Shown one piece after another: positions 51,755 to 64,000 of a DNA stretch of 64,000 bases. The stretch covers positions 2,294,001 to 2,358,000 of the forward strand of contig OZ024761.1 of assembly GCA_964016885.1 (NCBI GenBank), in the 5' to 3' direction. The stretch comes from Eledone cirrhosa. Its lineage: Eukaryota. The notes beneath the pieces are model-generated. The model was not told the origin of the DNA. It did not search any database and worked only from the letters and a program-made list of their open reading frames with translations. The position numbers and the translations under genes were made by a program. Each line of letters begins with the position of its first letter. The first letter of the stretch is position 1.

Positions 51755-51938
51755 GAATGGCAGTATCGGTAGAGGGTCGGACACCATGCTTTGATGCATA
51801 GAGTTACGGCCCTTGCTATGCTGAGTTCAAATCTCGCCGAGGTTAACTTTGCCTTTCATCCTTACGGGGTCAATAAAATAAAGTACCAGTAATGCACTGG
51901 ATTATTGCTGGCCTTGTGCCAAAAGTAGAAACAATTAT
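51755..51938 (+). mobile_element. tRNA-derived SINE
   Basis: Same family as 7945-8135. Confidence 0.8.
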
Positions 51939-52341
51939 TAATATTTGAAAAACTCAGATTTACATTTCTTGTATTTTGCCATGTAGAGTGATAAAACTAT
52001 ATATATATCTATCTATATCTAGGGTGGGTAAAATACAACACATATATATATTGACATACATATATATATATTGACATACATATATATTGACATGCAACAT
52101 ACATAAATACATACACACATACATACACACACACGCACATACATACATACATAGTAATGTCATATTACCTTTATGTTTAGTTAATAAAGAGACTCTTATT
52201 TCTCCAGTGTTCTCTGCACAGTTTTTTTTTTGGGGGGGGGGGGGGGTTGTGACACTAAACATTCACCTTTGAATAAATTCCTGCCACCTCTGTTTCTCAC
52301 CTTTCTGACCCCAGAATATTTAATACAGCTGCACATATGCT

Positions 52342-52419
<78 letters not shown>

Positions 52420-52420
52420 A

Positions 52421-54940
52421 TCATCATCATCATCATCATTTTACGTCTGCTCTTCCCTGCTTGCAAGGGTGGGACGGGTCTTATTCAGCACAGCATCTCT
52501 CTACTTGTCACGGTCTTTCGTCATCTCCACTGTGAGCTTCAGCGATCTGAGGTCTGTTCTCACCACCTCCGCCCATGTTTTTCGTGGTCTACCTCTACCA
52601 CGTCTTCCTTCAACTGGCATTTCCTGGCACTTCTTCACCCATCGGTCATCCTCCATGCGCATCACATGTCCATACCACTTCAGTCTCCTCTCTCGCACAC
52701 TACATTCTATCCCTCTCAGACACAGTTTCTCTCTCAACACATTCATGCTGGGTCGTTCATGCATATTGACACTGCACATCCAACGGAGCATGCTTGCCTC
52801 ATTTCTCTCCAACCGTCGCATATCCTCTGCAGTTGCTGCCCATGTCTCACTACCATGCAGCATCACGCTCCTCACACAGGCATCATATAATCGGCCTTTC
52901 GTACGCAGGGAGAAACCCTTCTTCATCAGCAGAGGAAGCAGCTCCCTAAACTTCTTCCAACCCATCCTTATTCTAGATACTATGGCCTCGGAACCCCACC
53001 CCCTACCCCATGCTAATCTGATCTCCTAGGTACCGGAAGCTATTCACCACTTCTATAGTACCCTCCTGCATTTGAAAAATGTGTCTACCAATGCGACTTC
53101 TACTAATTTTCCTGTACATCTACTGCATACATATTTCTCCCTACCTATTAGTTTGCCTGCTATCCTGCTACATCTCTTGTGTACCCAGGATCTGCATTGT
53201 GTGCATTTTATAGAATTTATCCCAGTTCCTTTTCTGCATATCGAACATGGCCATTTCCCCGACGGAATCAGAGTTTTGTCCTCTTTTCTACTCATCAACA
53301 TTTTTGTCTTAGCTAGGTTCACTCTCAGTCATCTTGCTTCCAACTGCTGTTTCCATAGCCAGAATTTATTCTCTAGCTCCTCTACTGATTCTGCTATAAG
53401 AACCAGATCGTCAGCATAGAGAAGTTCCCATGGACAGCCAGTCTTAAACTCCTCTGTTATGGCTTGGAGAACTGTAATGAACAAGTGCGGGCTGAGGACC
53501 GAACCTTGATGTACTCCTACTTGTATCTGGAATTCCTCACTAAACTCCATTCCTACCCTGACTTTACTGACAGTACCTCTGTACAAAGTTTGCACTATCC
53601 TCACAAGCCATTCCTCAACACCTAGTTTCCTTAGGGACCACCAGATGACAGATCGGGGTACCCTATCAAAGCCTTCTCTAGGTCAACAAAGGCTAAGTAT
53701 AGTGGCTTATTTTTCTCTAAGAACCTCTCTTGTAATTCTCTCACCAAGAAGAGGGCATCTGTTGTACTCTTCCCAGGCACAAAACCAAACTGCATCTCAT
53801 CTAGTTTGACAATTTCTCTAATTAGTTGTGCTAATATCCTTTCTGCCACTTTCATAACCTGATCCATCAGTTTTATACCCCTATAATTGCTCCTCTCCAG
53901 AGCATCCCCTTTACATTTGTAGCAATTTATGAGAATACTGCTGCACCAGTCTTTGGGTATGACACCACCATATATAGCCTGCATCTCAGCAACTATTCCC
54001 GATGGTCCAGCAGTCTTACCATTTTTCATTTCCTTAATCGCCTCTTGGACCCTATATTCGTCAATCTCAATAGCTGGTCCCTCTGTCAGATCTACTGAGG
54101 GTAATTTCTCTCTCTCCCATTCGTTCTCCACATTCATCAGTCTCTCATAATGACATTTCCGGGCCTCCTTTTTCTGATCATTTGTGACACTAAGTACACC
54201 GGCATCAGTCCGGACACATTTATCTCCAACAACATCCTGATTTGCATTGACACACTGCCTTGCAATGTGGAACACCGCACGCCTCTGATCTTCCCGTTGC
54301 AGAACATTGGCAAACCTCCTACTCTCAGCCTCCCTGTGTGCTAAGTACATCTGATGTCTAGCTTCTCTCTTAGCAGCTTTATATAATTCCCTACTCCCAC
54401 CCTTTTTCCAAGCCTTCCATGCTAGTCTTTTGTCTCTAATGGCCTAATCTACTGTGCTGTTCCACCACCAGGTCGCTTTCTGTCTGGTTGGAGCTCTGCT
54501 CTAGCCACAAGTTTCATCGGTAACCTGCAGTAAGTTGTCACGTAAGAAATTCCAATTATTATCTATGTCATACGTCTCTAAATCAAATTCTTTTTCGTCA
54601 TACACATCTTGAAGGGCTTTCCTAAATTTGTATTTTAGTGAAAGGTCTTTTAGCTTCCAGACCTTTCTTCTCCACACCTTCCTGTATGTCTCATTCCATC
54701 TCTTGCTTACTGAGATATCACTAACGACTAACCTATGCTGTGGGGTACATTCTTCCCCAGGGTATGTCTTGGTATTAGACACTATCTGCCTGTCCCGCTG
54801 CGTAACTAGTAAGAAGTCAATCTGGCTTATGTGCTCGCCAGATTTGTAGGTTATTAGGTGGTTGGAAGGTTTCTGGAAGTTAGTGTTGCAAATAATCAGT
54901 GTATTTGCATCACAAAATTCAAGAAGTCTCACTCCTTCTT
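52421..54940 (-). mobile_element. RTE LINE family C, 5'-truncated, decayed
   Basis: Same domains as 47351-50322. Confidence 0.95.
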
Positions 54941-55133
54941 GATGCCCACAGTTGAAAATTGCAAACTTGACTGACATCACACAATATGAACCTGAAGATT
55001 GCGAAAGCATGAAAGTACTTGTTCACTTAAGATTTAATATTCTACCCTACTATTTCATTCTAATACCATTATAAATTTTAAAGGATTGTAAATAAAATGA
55101 GTAAATCAGACAAAGTTGGAATTCCTTTTATTA

Positions 55134-55171
<38 letters not shown>

Positions 55172-55375
55172 TATGTTGGTACCACAAAACATCGACCACA
55201 CACTGTAAATGTGGTTGGCGCTAGGAAGGGCATCCAGCTGTAGAAAACCAGCCAGAAACAGTCCTATATGAGTGAGACACGGTCATCCAACCCAACTTGC
55301 CTCTAAATGGGACAAACACATATAACCCATGCTAGCGTGGAAGATAGACATTAAACGATGATGATGATGATGATA

Positions 55376-55409
<34 letters not shown>

Positions 55410-55770
55410 TAGGCTCTATTATTACAAATAAACATGACAGTGATGTGCCTGCATTAATGCAGACCGATATTACTACGAACATTTAATGTAAATATAAATA
55501 TATAAGCAGAGGTACCCGGCGTTGCCTGGGAATGAAAATAGTCCTTATATATGAGAAGAAAGCAAAATGTAATATAGAAATTAGTTATTCTAAATTCCAA
55601 TTATTTTTCAATTGATGGGAGATCCTGTATGTGTTCGGTTAAATGTAATACTCAGGGAGATTCAGTATGTGTATGGTTAAATGTAATCCTCCTGAGAATT
55701 ACATTTAGGGATACACATATATATAGAAACATAGACATTGCATGAGTCTCAGAAGGTTCTACAGTCAAAC

Positions 55771-58590
55771 CTGGCTCTGGTTCTATAGAACTGGCTCAGG
55801 TTCTATAGAACTGGCTCAGGTTCTATAGAACTGGCTCAGGTTCTATAGAACTGGCTCTGATTCTATGTAACTGGCTCTGGTTCTATAGAACTGGCTCTGG
55901 TTCTATGTAACTGGCTCTGGTTCTATAGAACTGGCTCTGGTTCTATAGAACTGGCTCTGGTTCTATGTAACTGGCTCTGGTTCTATGTAACTGGCTCTGG
56001 TTCTATGGAACTGGCTCAGGTTCTATAGAACTGGCTCAGGTTCTATGGAACTGGCTCTGGTTCTATGGAACTGGCTCTGGTTCTATAGAACTGGCTCAGG
56101 TTCTATGGAACTGGCTCAGGTTCTATGTAACTGGCTCAGGTTCTATGGAACTGGCTCTGGTTCTATAGAACTGGCTCTGGTTCTATAGAACTGGCTCAGG
56201 TTCTATGTAACTGGCTCAGGTTCTATGGAACTGGCTCAGGTTCTATGGAACTGGCTCTGGTTCTATAGAACTGGCTCAGGTTCTATGTAACTGGCTCAGG
56301 TTCTATGTAACTGGCTCTGGTTCTATAGAACTGGCTCAGGTTCTATGTAACTGGCTCAGGTTCTATGGAACTGGCTCAGGTTCTATAAAACTGGCTCTGG
56401 TTCTATGGAACTGGCTGAGGTTCTATAAAACTGGGTCTGGTTCTATGGAACTGGCTGAGGTTCTATGGAACTGGCTCTGGTTCTATAGAACTGGCTCTGG
56501 TTCTATGTAACTGGCACTGGTTCTTTGTAACTGGCCCAGGTTCTATGGAACTGGCTCAGGTTCTATAGAACTGGCTCTGGTTCTATAGAACTGGCTCAGG
56601 TTCTATGGAACTGGCTCTGGTTCTCTAGAACTGGCTCTGGTTCTATGTAACTGGCTCAGGCTCTATGTAACTGGCTCTGGTTCTATGGAACTGGCTCTGG
56701 TTCTATGTAACTGGCTCTGGTTCTATGGAACTGGCTCAGGTTCTATGGAACTGGCTCTAGTTCTATAGAACTGGCTCTGGTTCTATGTAACTGGCTCTGG
56801 TTCTATGTAACTGGCTCTGGTTCTATGTAACTGGCTCTGGTTCTATAGAACTGGCTCTGGTTCTATAGAACTGGCTCTGGTTCTATGTAACTGGCTCAGG
56901 TTCTATGTAACTGGCTCTGGTTCTATGTAACTGGCTCAGGTTCTATGTAACTGGCTCTGGTTCTATGGAACTGGCTCTAGTTCTATAGAACTGGCTCAGG
57001 TTCTATGTAACTGGCTCTGGTACTATGTAACTGGCTCAGGTTCTATGTAACTGGCTCTGGTTCTATGGAACTGGCTCTAGTTCTATAGAACTGGCTCAGG
57101 TTCTATGTAACTGGCTCTGGTACTATGTAACTGGCTCAGGTTCTATGTAACTGGCTCTGGTTCTATGGAACTGGCTCTGGTTCTATAGAACTGGCTCAGG
57201 TTCTATGTAACTGGCTCTGGTACTATGTAACTGGCTCTGGTTCTATGTAACTGGCTCAGGTTCTATGTAACTGGCTCTGGTTCTATGGAACTGGCTCTGG
57301 TTCTATAGAACTGGCTCAGGTTCTATGTAACTGGCTCTGGTACTATGTAACTGGCTCTGGTTCTATGGAACTGGCTCAGGTTCTATGTAACTGGCTCTGG
57401 TTCTATAGAACCGGCTCTGGTTCTATAGAACTGGCTCAGGTTCTATGGAACTGGCTCTGGTTCTATAGAACTGGCTCAGGTTCTATGGAACTGGCTCTGG
57501 TTCTATAGAACTGGCTCTGGTTCTATGTAACTGGCTCAGGTTCTATAGAACTAGCTCTGGTTCTATAGAACTGGCTCTGGTTCTATAGAACTGGCTCTGG
57601 TTCTATGTAACTGGCTCTGGTTCTATGGAACTGGCTCTGGTTCTATAGAACTGGCTCTGGTTCTATAGAACTGGCTCTGGTTCTATGTAACTGGCTCTGG
57701 TTCTATGTAACTGGCTCTGGTTCTATAGAACTGGCTCTGGTTCTATGTAACTGGCTCAGGTTCTATGTAACTGGCTCTGGTTCTATGTAACTAGCTCTGG
57801 TTCTATGTAACTAGCTCAGGTTCTATGTAACTGGCTCTGGTTCTATGGAACTGGCTCTAGTTCTATAGAACTGGCTCAGGTTCTATGTAACTGGCTCTGG
57901 TACTATGTAACTGGCTCTGGTTCTATGTAACTGGCTCAGGTTCTATGTAACTGGCTCTGGTTCTATGTAACTGGCTCAGGTTCTATGTAACTGGCTCTGG
58001 TTCTATGGAACTGGCTCTGGTTCTATAGAACTGGCTCAGGTTCTATGTAACTGGCTCTGGTACTATGTAACTGGCTCTGGTTCTATGTAACTGGCTCAGG
58101 TTCTATGTAACTGGCTCTGGTTCTATGGAACTGGCTCTGGTTCTATAGAACTGGCTCAGGTTCTATGTAACTGGCTCTGGTACTATGTAACTGGCTCTGG
58201 TTCTATGGAACTGGCTCAGGTTCTATGTAACTGGCTCTGGTTCTATAGAACCGGCTCTGGTTCTATAGAACTGGCTCAGGTTCTATGGAACTGGCTCTGG
58301 TTCTATAGAACTGGCTCTGGTTCTATGTAACTGGCTCAGGTTCTATAGAACTAGCTCTGGTTCTATAGAACTGGCTCTGGTTCTATGTAACTGGCTCTGG
58401 TTCTATGGAACTGGCTCAGGTTCTATGTAACTGGCTCTGGTTCTATAGAACTGGCTCAGGTTCTATGTAACTGGCTCTGGTTCTATGTAACTGGCTCTGG
58501 TTCTATAGAACTGGCTCTGGTTCTATGTAACTGGCTCTGGTTCTATAGAACTGGCTCTGGTTCTATAGAACTGGCTCAGGTTCTATGAAA
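55771..58590. repeat. 20-bp minisatellite, ~141 copies: ctggctc(t/a)ggttctat(ag/gt/gg)aa
   Basis: Strict 20-bp phase over 2.8 kb. Confidence 0.98.
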
Positions 58591-59310
58591 CCAACCAATT
58601 TTAAAGGGTTCCTATTAAAATTAAAATCTTCCATAATTTTACAGAAGAAGAAGAAGAAGAAGAAGAAGAAGAAGAAGAAGAAGAGACAGGTACACTGAAT
58701 GACACCAAAAAAACAAGGGACGCTGGGGTCTCCTCGTAATAAGTTTGAAGGCAAACCAACGGCAGTATTAGTGGCTGACAAAACACAACTGAAACAGTGA
58801 GACATTTGAAGCTGCCATTTGCAGTTCATTGTAGTTTTGAACGTGAAATAAAATAATTCTAAAATAAAAGATTTCTTGTGATTTAACAAATGGAAGTTAC
58901 TATGCCATCCGGGCAAGTTCCTGGTAGGATAAATGTTTTTATTTATGTCTAGTGGGTGTGAATAGTGGGAAAAAAGAAATCTATTGTAAGCAGGTTACGC
59001 TGTGTAATGTCTTTCTAGAGAAATAGGTTAACAGGTAAATCTAGCTGTATACAGTAGGCGAGAAACCTGTTACTGAAACAATAAAGCCAGTCAAGTAGTA
59101 ATATATTTAGATATATCTAGTTTATATATGTGAGTGGGGGTGTTACATGCAAACATTACTAGGACGTCACCTGCTATCGCCAACACACATAACAGCGATT
59201 GCTGTGACGACAATAACCCAACTTCAACTAAAAAGATATCTTTCCTTGCGATAAACTTATTATCTTCTGGGTTTAGTTATGCGAAAGCAGTGAATATATT
59301 TTCAGTACAC

Positions 59311-60092
59311 ATGCAACTCTACTCGTATATTTTATTCTTAATCGCTGCAAGCACTGGTCATGTGCTTGGGGATCTGTACGAGAAAGATGTGGTTTTCGAA
59401 TACAGTTCTCTCGTGTTTGAATCACCATCGAAAATTGAAAGATCTATAGAAAATGTGGTAGCAGGTATTCAAGTGTACAATGACACAGTCTACGTGAACA
59501 TACCACGGCTTATTAGCAATGTTTCAGTGACACTGGCTACTGTCGAAAAGAAGGAAAACGGCAAGGTGGTGTTTAAACCTTTCCCGACCGCGGCAAACCA
59601 AAAACTAGGGGACTGCAAAAATTTCCAATCTGTCGGAGGAATAAGGATCGTACGTAAAACGAACCTGCTCTACGTAACCGACAATAAATTCAATGTTTGC
59701 AGAGCCAAGCTAATTATTATCGATCTGGTCAGGAAGAAAGTGATAAAAAGATATGAGTTCCCTGAAAGTGTAATCAATGGAAACAAATCGACCAGTTTTG
59801 GAGACGTTGTGGTCGATAGGAAAGGAATGGTGTATATATCAAATGCTGAAGGTCATGGTTCCATAATCGTCTACAACAGCAAAACATCGAATAGCTTGGC
59901 TTTCCGTGATCGACTATTGGAAAATGACAATGAAAATATATTCAACTTTGGTAACGATTCGTTCTCTGTATCCCACAGACCTTATGAAATGACTCTGTCA
60001 CCGGATGATGATTTTCTCTTCATTTATAAGCACAATTCCAAAATGATTCAAGTACCAACAAAATCTTTCCGGGTCCAAAGGAATACAATGAG
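59311..60092 (+). CDS. Yellow / major royal jelly protein (MRJP)-like secreted beta-propeller protein, first coding exon (260 codons)
   Basis: Acceptor ttttcag at 59305, ATG 59311, hydrophobic signal peptide MQLYSYILFLIAASTGHVLG; yellow-family motifs GIQVYNDTVYVNIPR, VTLATV, FKPFP..NQKLGDC..FQSV, LYVTD, C.AKLIIIDL..KKVIKRYEFP, DVVVD, VYISN, IIVYN, MTLSP; ends at donor AG|GTAAGT (phase 2). Confidence 0.85.
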
Positions 60093-60129
60093 GTAAGTAA
60101 ACAAAATGAAATCATGATTTAACTTTCAT

Positions 60130-60550
60130 AGGGTGGTCGGTAGAGTGTCGGACAACATGCTTTGCGGCATATAGTTTTGTCCCTTTACGTTCTGAGTTCA
60201 AATCCCGCTAAGGTTTGTTTGCCTTTCATCCTTACGAGGTCAATAAAATAAAGTACCAGTAACGCACTAGGATCGTTTTAATCGATTTTAACATCTCCCA
60301 AAATTGCTGGCCTTGTGTCTGTATTAGAAACAATTATTTAACGTCCTTCGGCAAATTGGTTGGCAGAATCGGTGGAGCATCGGACGAAATGCTTTGTAGC
60401 ATTCAGTAACGGCCCTTTACGTTCTGAGTTCAAATCCAGACGAGGCCATTTCATCTTTCCAGCGTCAATAAAATAAGGTACCAGTAAAATACTGTGGTCG
60501 ATCTAATTGATATTCCCCGTCCCACCAAACTACTGGTCATATGTCTAAAT
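60130..60550 (+). mobile_element. Two tandem tRNA-derived SINEs in the yellow-like gene intron
   Basis: gttctgagttcaaatcc B boxes at ~60190 and ~60421. Confidence 0.8.
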
Positions 60551-60869
60551 AAATAAAAAAAATTTAATACGATGGCAAATTCCTAGAATCATTCTCTAAA
60601 TTGAAGTGAAAATATAAAAAAAAAACTCCACCGATCCGATTGAATTGGATCTTTTGATTAAACGATTGTAATTAAAGAAGTGAGCGAGAATACAAACAAA
60701 AAATGAAAATGTTTAGTTAACTACGAATATAAATCTCATTACGGAAGAAATAAACCAACATATACTTGGCCAATTATTACACTACATTTAACTTTCATTC
60801 CAATATATAAAAGGTTTATGGGGTTTTGATTTCACTTTAATATAGAGAAGTTTACTTCAATATATCTCG

Positions 60870-61600
60870 GTCAGTGTACTTGCATCACAAAATTCAAGAA
60901 GTCTCACTCCTTCTTTCCTTCTTCATTTCTTGAGCCTTAACCGTACCCACCATGTACCCCAGTGTAACCATCTTGGAGCTGTCCAACATGACCATTAAAG
61001 TCCCCTGCTAGCATAACGATGTCTCCGTCCTCTGTCATTGCGGCTGTTTGTAAAAGTTGCTCGTAAAAGCAGTCTTTCTCTTCTTTGCCTAGGCCTGCTT
61101 GGGGAGCTTAGGGAGAGATGATTGTCAGTAGTCTCCTACCTACAACTAATCTAAGCTTAATTATTCTATTACTAACTCGAACTACCTCTATTGTCTTATT
61201 GACCCATCTCTCAGCCAGGAAAATGGCTACTCCCCCTAACCCAACATCCTTACCTACCCAGAAAAGCTTATAACTAAGATGTTTGCCTGCGATTAGTCTT
61301 GCAGAGGCACCTCTCCATCTCACTTCTTGCACACAGCACACATTCACCTCTTCTCTCCAGCATCTTCGCTATTTCACCAGATCAACTCTAAGATGCGACG
61401 TCTTCATATTTTTGTTGTTCCTTTTCCTGTAGTGCGATTGCTTGAAGACGGTCGGGGGGTTCTCACACATGGCCACACCAGCCACCCCACTACCATGCGC
61501 AGCCCTAACATCGTTAGTGCTATTGCTGCTTACGCAGTTATTGCGATATATATTTGTTGGTGTGCTCATAATTGTTTTGGCATTAATACACTGGTTGGAT
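60870..61600 (-). mobile_element. RTE LINE family C, 5' (endonuclease) fragment
   Basis: VCCVQEVRWRGASAR..LFWVG..GLGGVAIFLAERW..RIIKLRL. Confidence 0.9.
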
Positions 61601-61613
61601 GCCGTTCCTAACA

Positions 61614-61681
<68 letters not shown>

Positions 61682-61711
61682 AGATCAAAAGATGGTTAAA
61701 GGAGTTCCATA

Positions 61712-61782
61712 TATTTTATTATGCGCATTTCAAAAACAAACATCATCAAGCAATAATATTTGTGTTTTCATCAGATAAAACA
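61712..61782 (-). ncRNA. Type I hammerhead ribozyme
   Basis: Reverse complement of 62245-62315. Confidence 0.78.
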
Positions 61783-62244
61783 GGAGAACATGATATGAAG
61801 GCTAAAAATCACTTGTTGATAGTGCAGTTTTAAATCAGCATATGAAAAGTGGTTTTAGATTGATGTGTGATATTGGGAAAAATATTTTATTTAGAGAGGG
61901 GGGGGGGATGAAAAGGGAAGGAGATGAGAGGGAGAGATGGGTGATAGAGAGAAAGAGATAGTTTTTATAACTGAGAGGAGATATATTTTTTACATAGAGG
62001 GGTTGAAAACCGTTGGAAGATACTGTATAAATTAAAAAATATATCTCCTCTCAGTTATAAAAACTATCTCTTTCTCTCTATCACCCATCTCTCCCTCTCA
62101 TCTCCTTCCCTTTTCATCCTCCCCCCCCCTCTCTAAATAAAATATTTTTCCCAATATCACACATCAATCTAAAACCACTTTTCATATGCTGATTTAAAAC
62201 TGCACTATCAACAAGTGTTTTTTAGCCTTCATATCATGTTCTCC

Positions 62245-62315
62245 TGTTTTATCTGATGAAAACACAAATATTATTGCTTGATGATGTTTGTTTTTGAAAT
62301 GCGCATAATAAAATA
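62245..62315 (+). ncRNA. Type I hammerhead ribozyme
   Basis: tgttttat-CTGATGA-long stem II-GAAA-TGCGCA-TA-ataaaata. Confidence 0.78.
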
Positions 62316-62436
62316 TATGGAACTCCTTTAACCATCTTTTGATCTTATATTATGCATACTCCAGTCCCACAAACTGTAGAGTGCTTCTTATCCGATATCT
62401 GCATTGTTTATTGTACTACAATAAAACTCACCTCCT

Positions 62437-62508
<72 letters not shown>

Positions 62509-62514
62509 TATACC

Positions 62515-64000
62515 AAGATATTAATAAATGGAAACTATATTTATAAAACCATATTTATTTTATTATATATATTTCAAGGGCGACCAAGCCAATCTTGGTG
62601 CGCTTTCATCAGATAAAATACAAAATTTGTTTTATAAATAACGACATACCCATGGAAATCAACCTTAACGGTCGGAAATTCGCTGGATAGTGGAAACTTA
62701 TTAGGGGTAATTCAAAGTTATGTGTGAATATGCAAATGAATGTATGAACAAATTGAAAAAACAACCTTTTATTTAAATTACGCTGGAGAGAGATAGGGAA
62801 GAAAGAGAGAGAGAAAAAAGAAATTACTGTTATGAGATAGATAGAGATAGAGAGAAGAAAGAAATTTATCAGAGGATGAACTTATGTAACGTAAATAAGT
62901 CTTAAGTTTATATAAAGTTTATATTAATGTTACGTATATTTATTAATTATTGTTAGAATTCTAATATAATACAATGTAATATTTACTATTATAAGTATAT
63001 AGAAAAAATATATATATATAAAAAATAAATATATATAAAGATATATTGAAAAATAAATTGAAAATAAATAGATTTAAAGTAGAAAATAGGAGAATCAATA
63101 GATAGAAAAATGTAGATAGAAGAATAGATATATGAGTGGATAAATGGGTATATCATGTTATAGATAATTGTTTTAATAAGTTATGAGGGATACTGGTTTA
63201 TATTTAGTGTAAGTAATTAAATTGACTGAGTTAATAAGATTATTTATGTTTTTAATGTTTTAAATTGGGAAGATACTGAAAATCCCAGTTTTGCTTATTT
63301 ATTAGTTAATATGAGACCATTTTGACGAAGATATAAATGTTGAAAGATATATTTAGCCAGAATTAGTTATTGGTTATAACTCTAATATTAAATAATTAAA
63401 AAATATAAAAATATTAAAAGTTCTGGAAAAAACTTTTAAAAAAACTTTTAAATCTCAGAAGATACTCAAAAAACCTTTTTAAACAAAAATACTTAAAAAG
63501 TACTTAAACTATTTAAAATGTTTAAAAATATTTTAAAATATTTAAAATTATAAAAAAAAAAAAATGTCGAATAATCTTTAAAAAGTAATTTTTAAAGAAA
63601 TAAGTAATTTAAAAAAAAATTTTTTTTAAATATATGAGATATTTTAGAAGTAAAATAAAAAAAGAAAGATTTAAGCAGTAAAAAATAAAGATTTAAGAAG
63701 TAAAAATATTAAAATTAGAGTTAAACTTAGAATTTAAACAAATTTTAATAAGTGAAATTATAGGCATTAGAATAAAGTAAACATTATGTAGAAAAAGTTA
63801 TAAATGTAATTATGTTTTATATATAGTTCTAAACGTTGAGTTTAGGCGATGTTTACAAGAACTAAATAAATTCATACGTATCTTAATAGGGTTCTTATAT
63901 TTAACTATAAAGAAAATTTCCTCAACACAATTTTCAAAATCTAGATAAAGCTGTGTTTCTGTAGCCGGGTGCTTTTGAAATTATATCCCAAGTTAAAGAA
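62515..64000 (-). mobile_element. Penelope-like element 3' part (related to 8595-11085)
   Basis: Minus strand near 64000 reads SLTWDIISKAPGY...VEEIFFIVKYKNPIKIRMNLFSSCKHRL; AT-rich tail; hammerhead at 62556-62620. Confidence 0.8.
62556..62620 (-). ncRNA. Type I hammerhead ribozyme
   Basis: tattttat-CTGATGA-aagcgcaccaag-attgg-cttggtcgccctt-GAAA-TATATA-TA-ataaaata. Confidence 0.78.

Larger units (their letters stand above)
61674..62353. repeat. 680-bp near-perfect inverted repeat (~320-bp arms, ~40-bp spacer)
   Basis: Arms reverse-complementary about an axis near 62013; each carries a hammerhead. Confidence 0.95.

Noticed and set aside
55771-58590. CRISPR-like or coding repeat array
   Set aside because: No unique spacers, eukaryotic context and frequent stops; it is a tandem minisatellite.
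59134-59310. GTG-initiated N-terminal extension of the yellow-like ORF
   Set aside because: Lies upstream of a splice acceptor (59305); ATG 59311 gives a proper signal peptide.

Overview
AT-rich, microsatellite- and transposon-dense animal DNA. The SINE/RTE repertoire looks like an octopus/coleoid cephalopod genome, which is an inference. Two host genes are readable. (1) The 5' part of the mitochondrial RNA polymerase gene POLRMT lies on the minus strand as seven phase-consistent GT-AG exons (38386 down to 7662) and continues off the left edge. (2) A large coding exon of a secreted yellow/major-royal-jelly-like beta-propeller protein lies at 59311-60092 (+). The rest is about a dozen RTE-clade LINE copies or fragments (ORF with an internal PHD finger), Penelope-like (GIY-YIG) remnants, R4/Dong- and CRE-like fragments, tRNA-derived SINEs, non-autonomous Helitron-like elements, TTAA-ended MITEs, a 141-copy 20-bp minisatellite grown from a MITE segment and a ~940-bp (TA)n tract. 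The most striking unannotated layer is about a dozen hammerhead-ribozyme motifs from several families. They include a 289-nt unit whose ribozyme is complete only if circularised or tandemised (retrozyme-like), a 680-bp hairpin carrying two back-to-back ribozymes, and four short palindromes centred at or next to a hammerhead stem II/GAAA. All structures were folded by eye; repeat boundaries are approximate.
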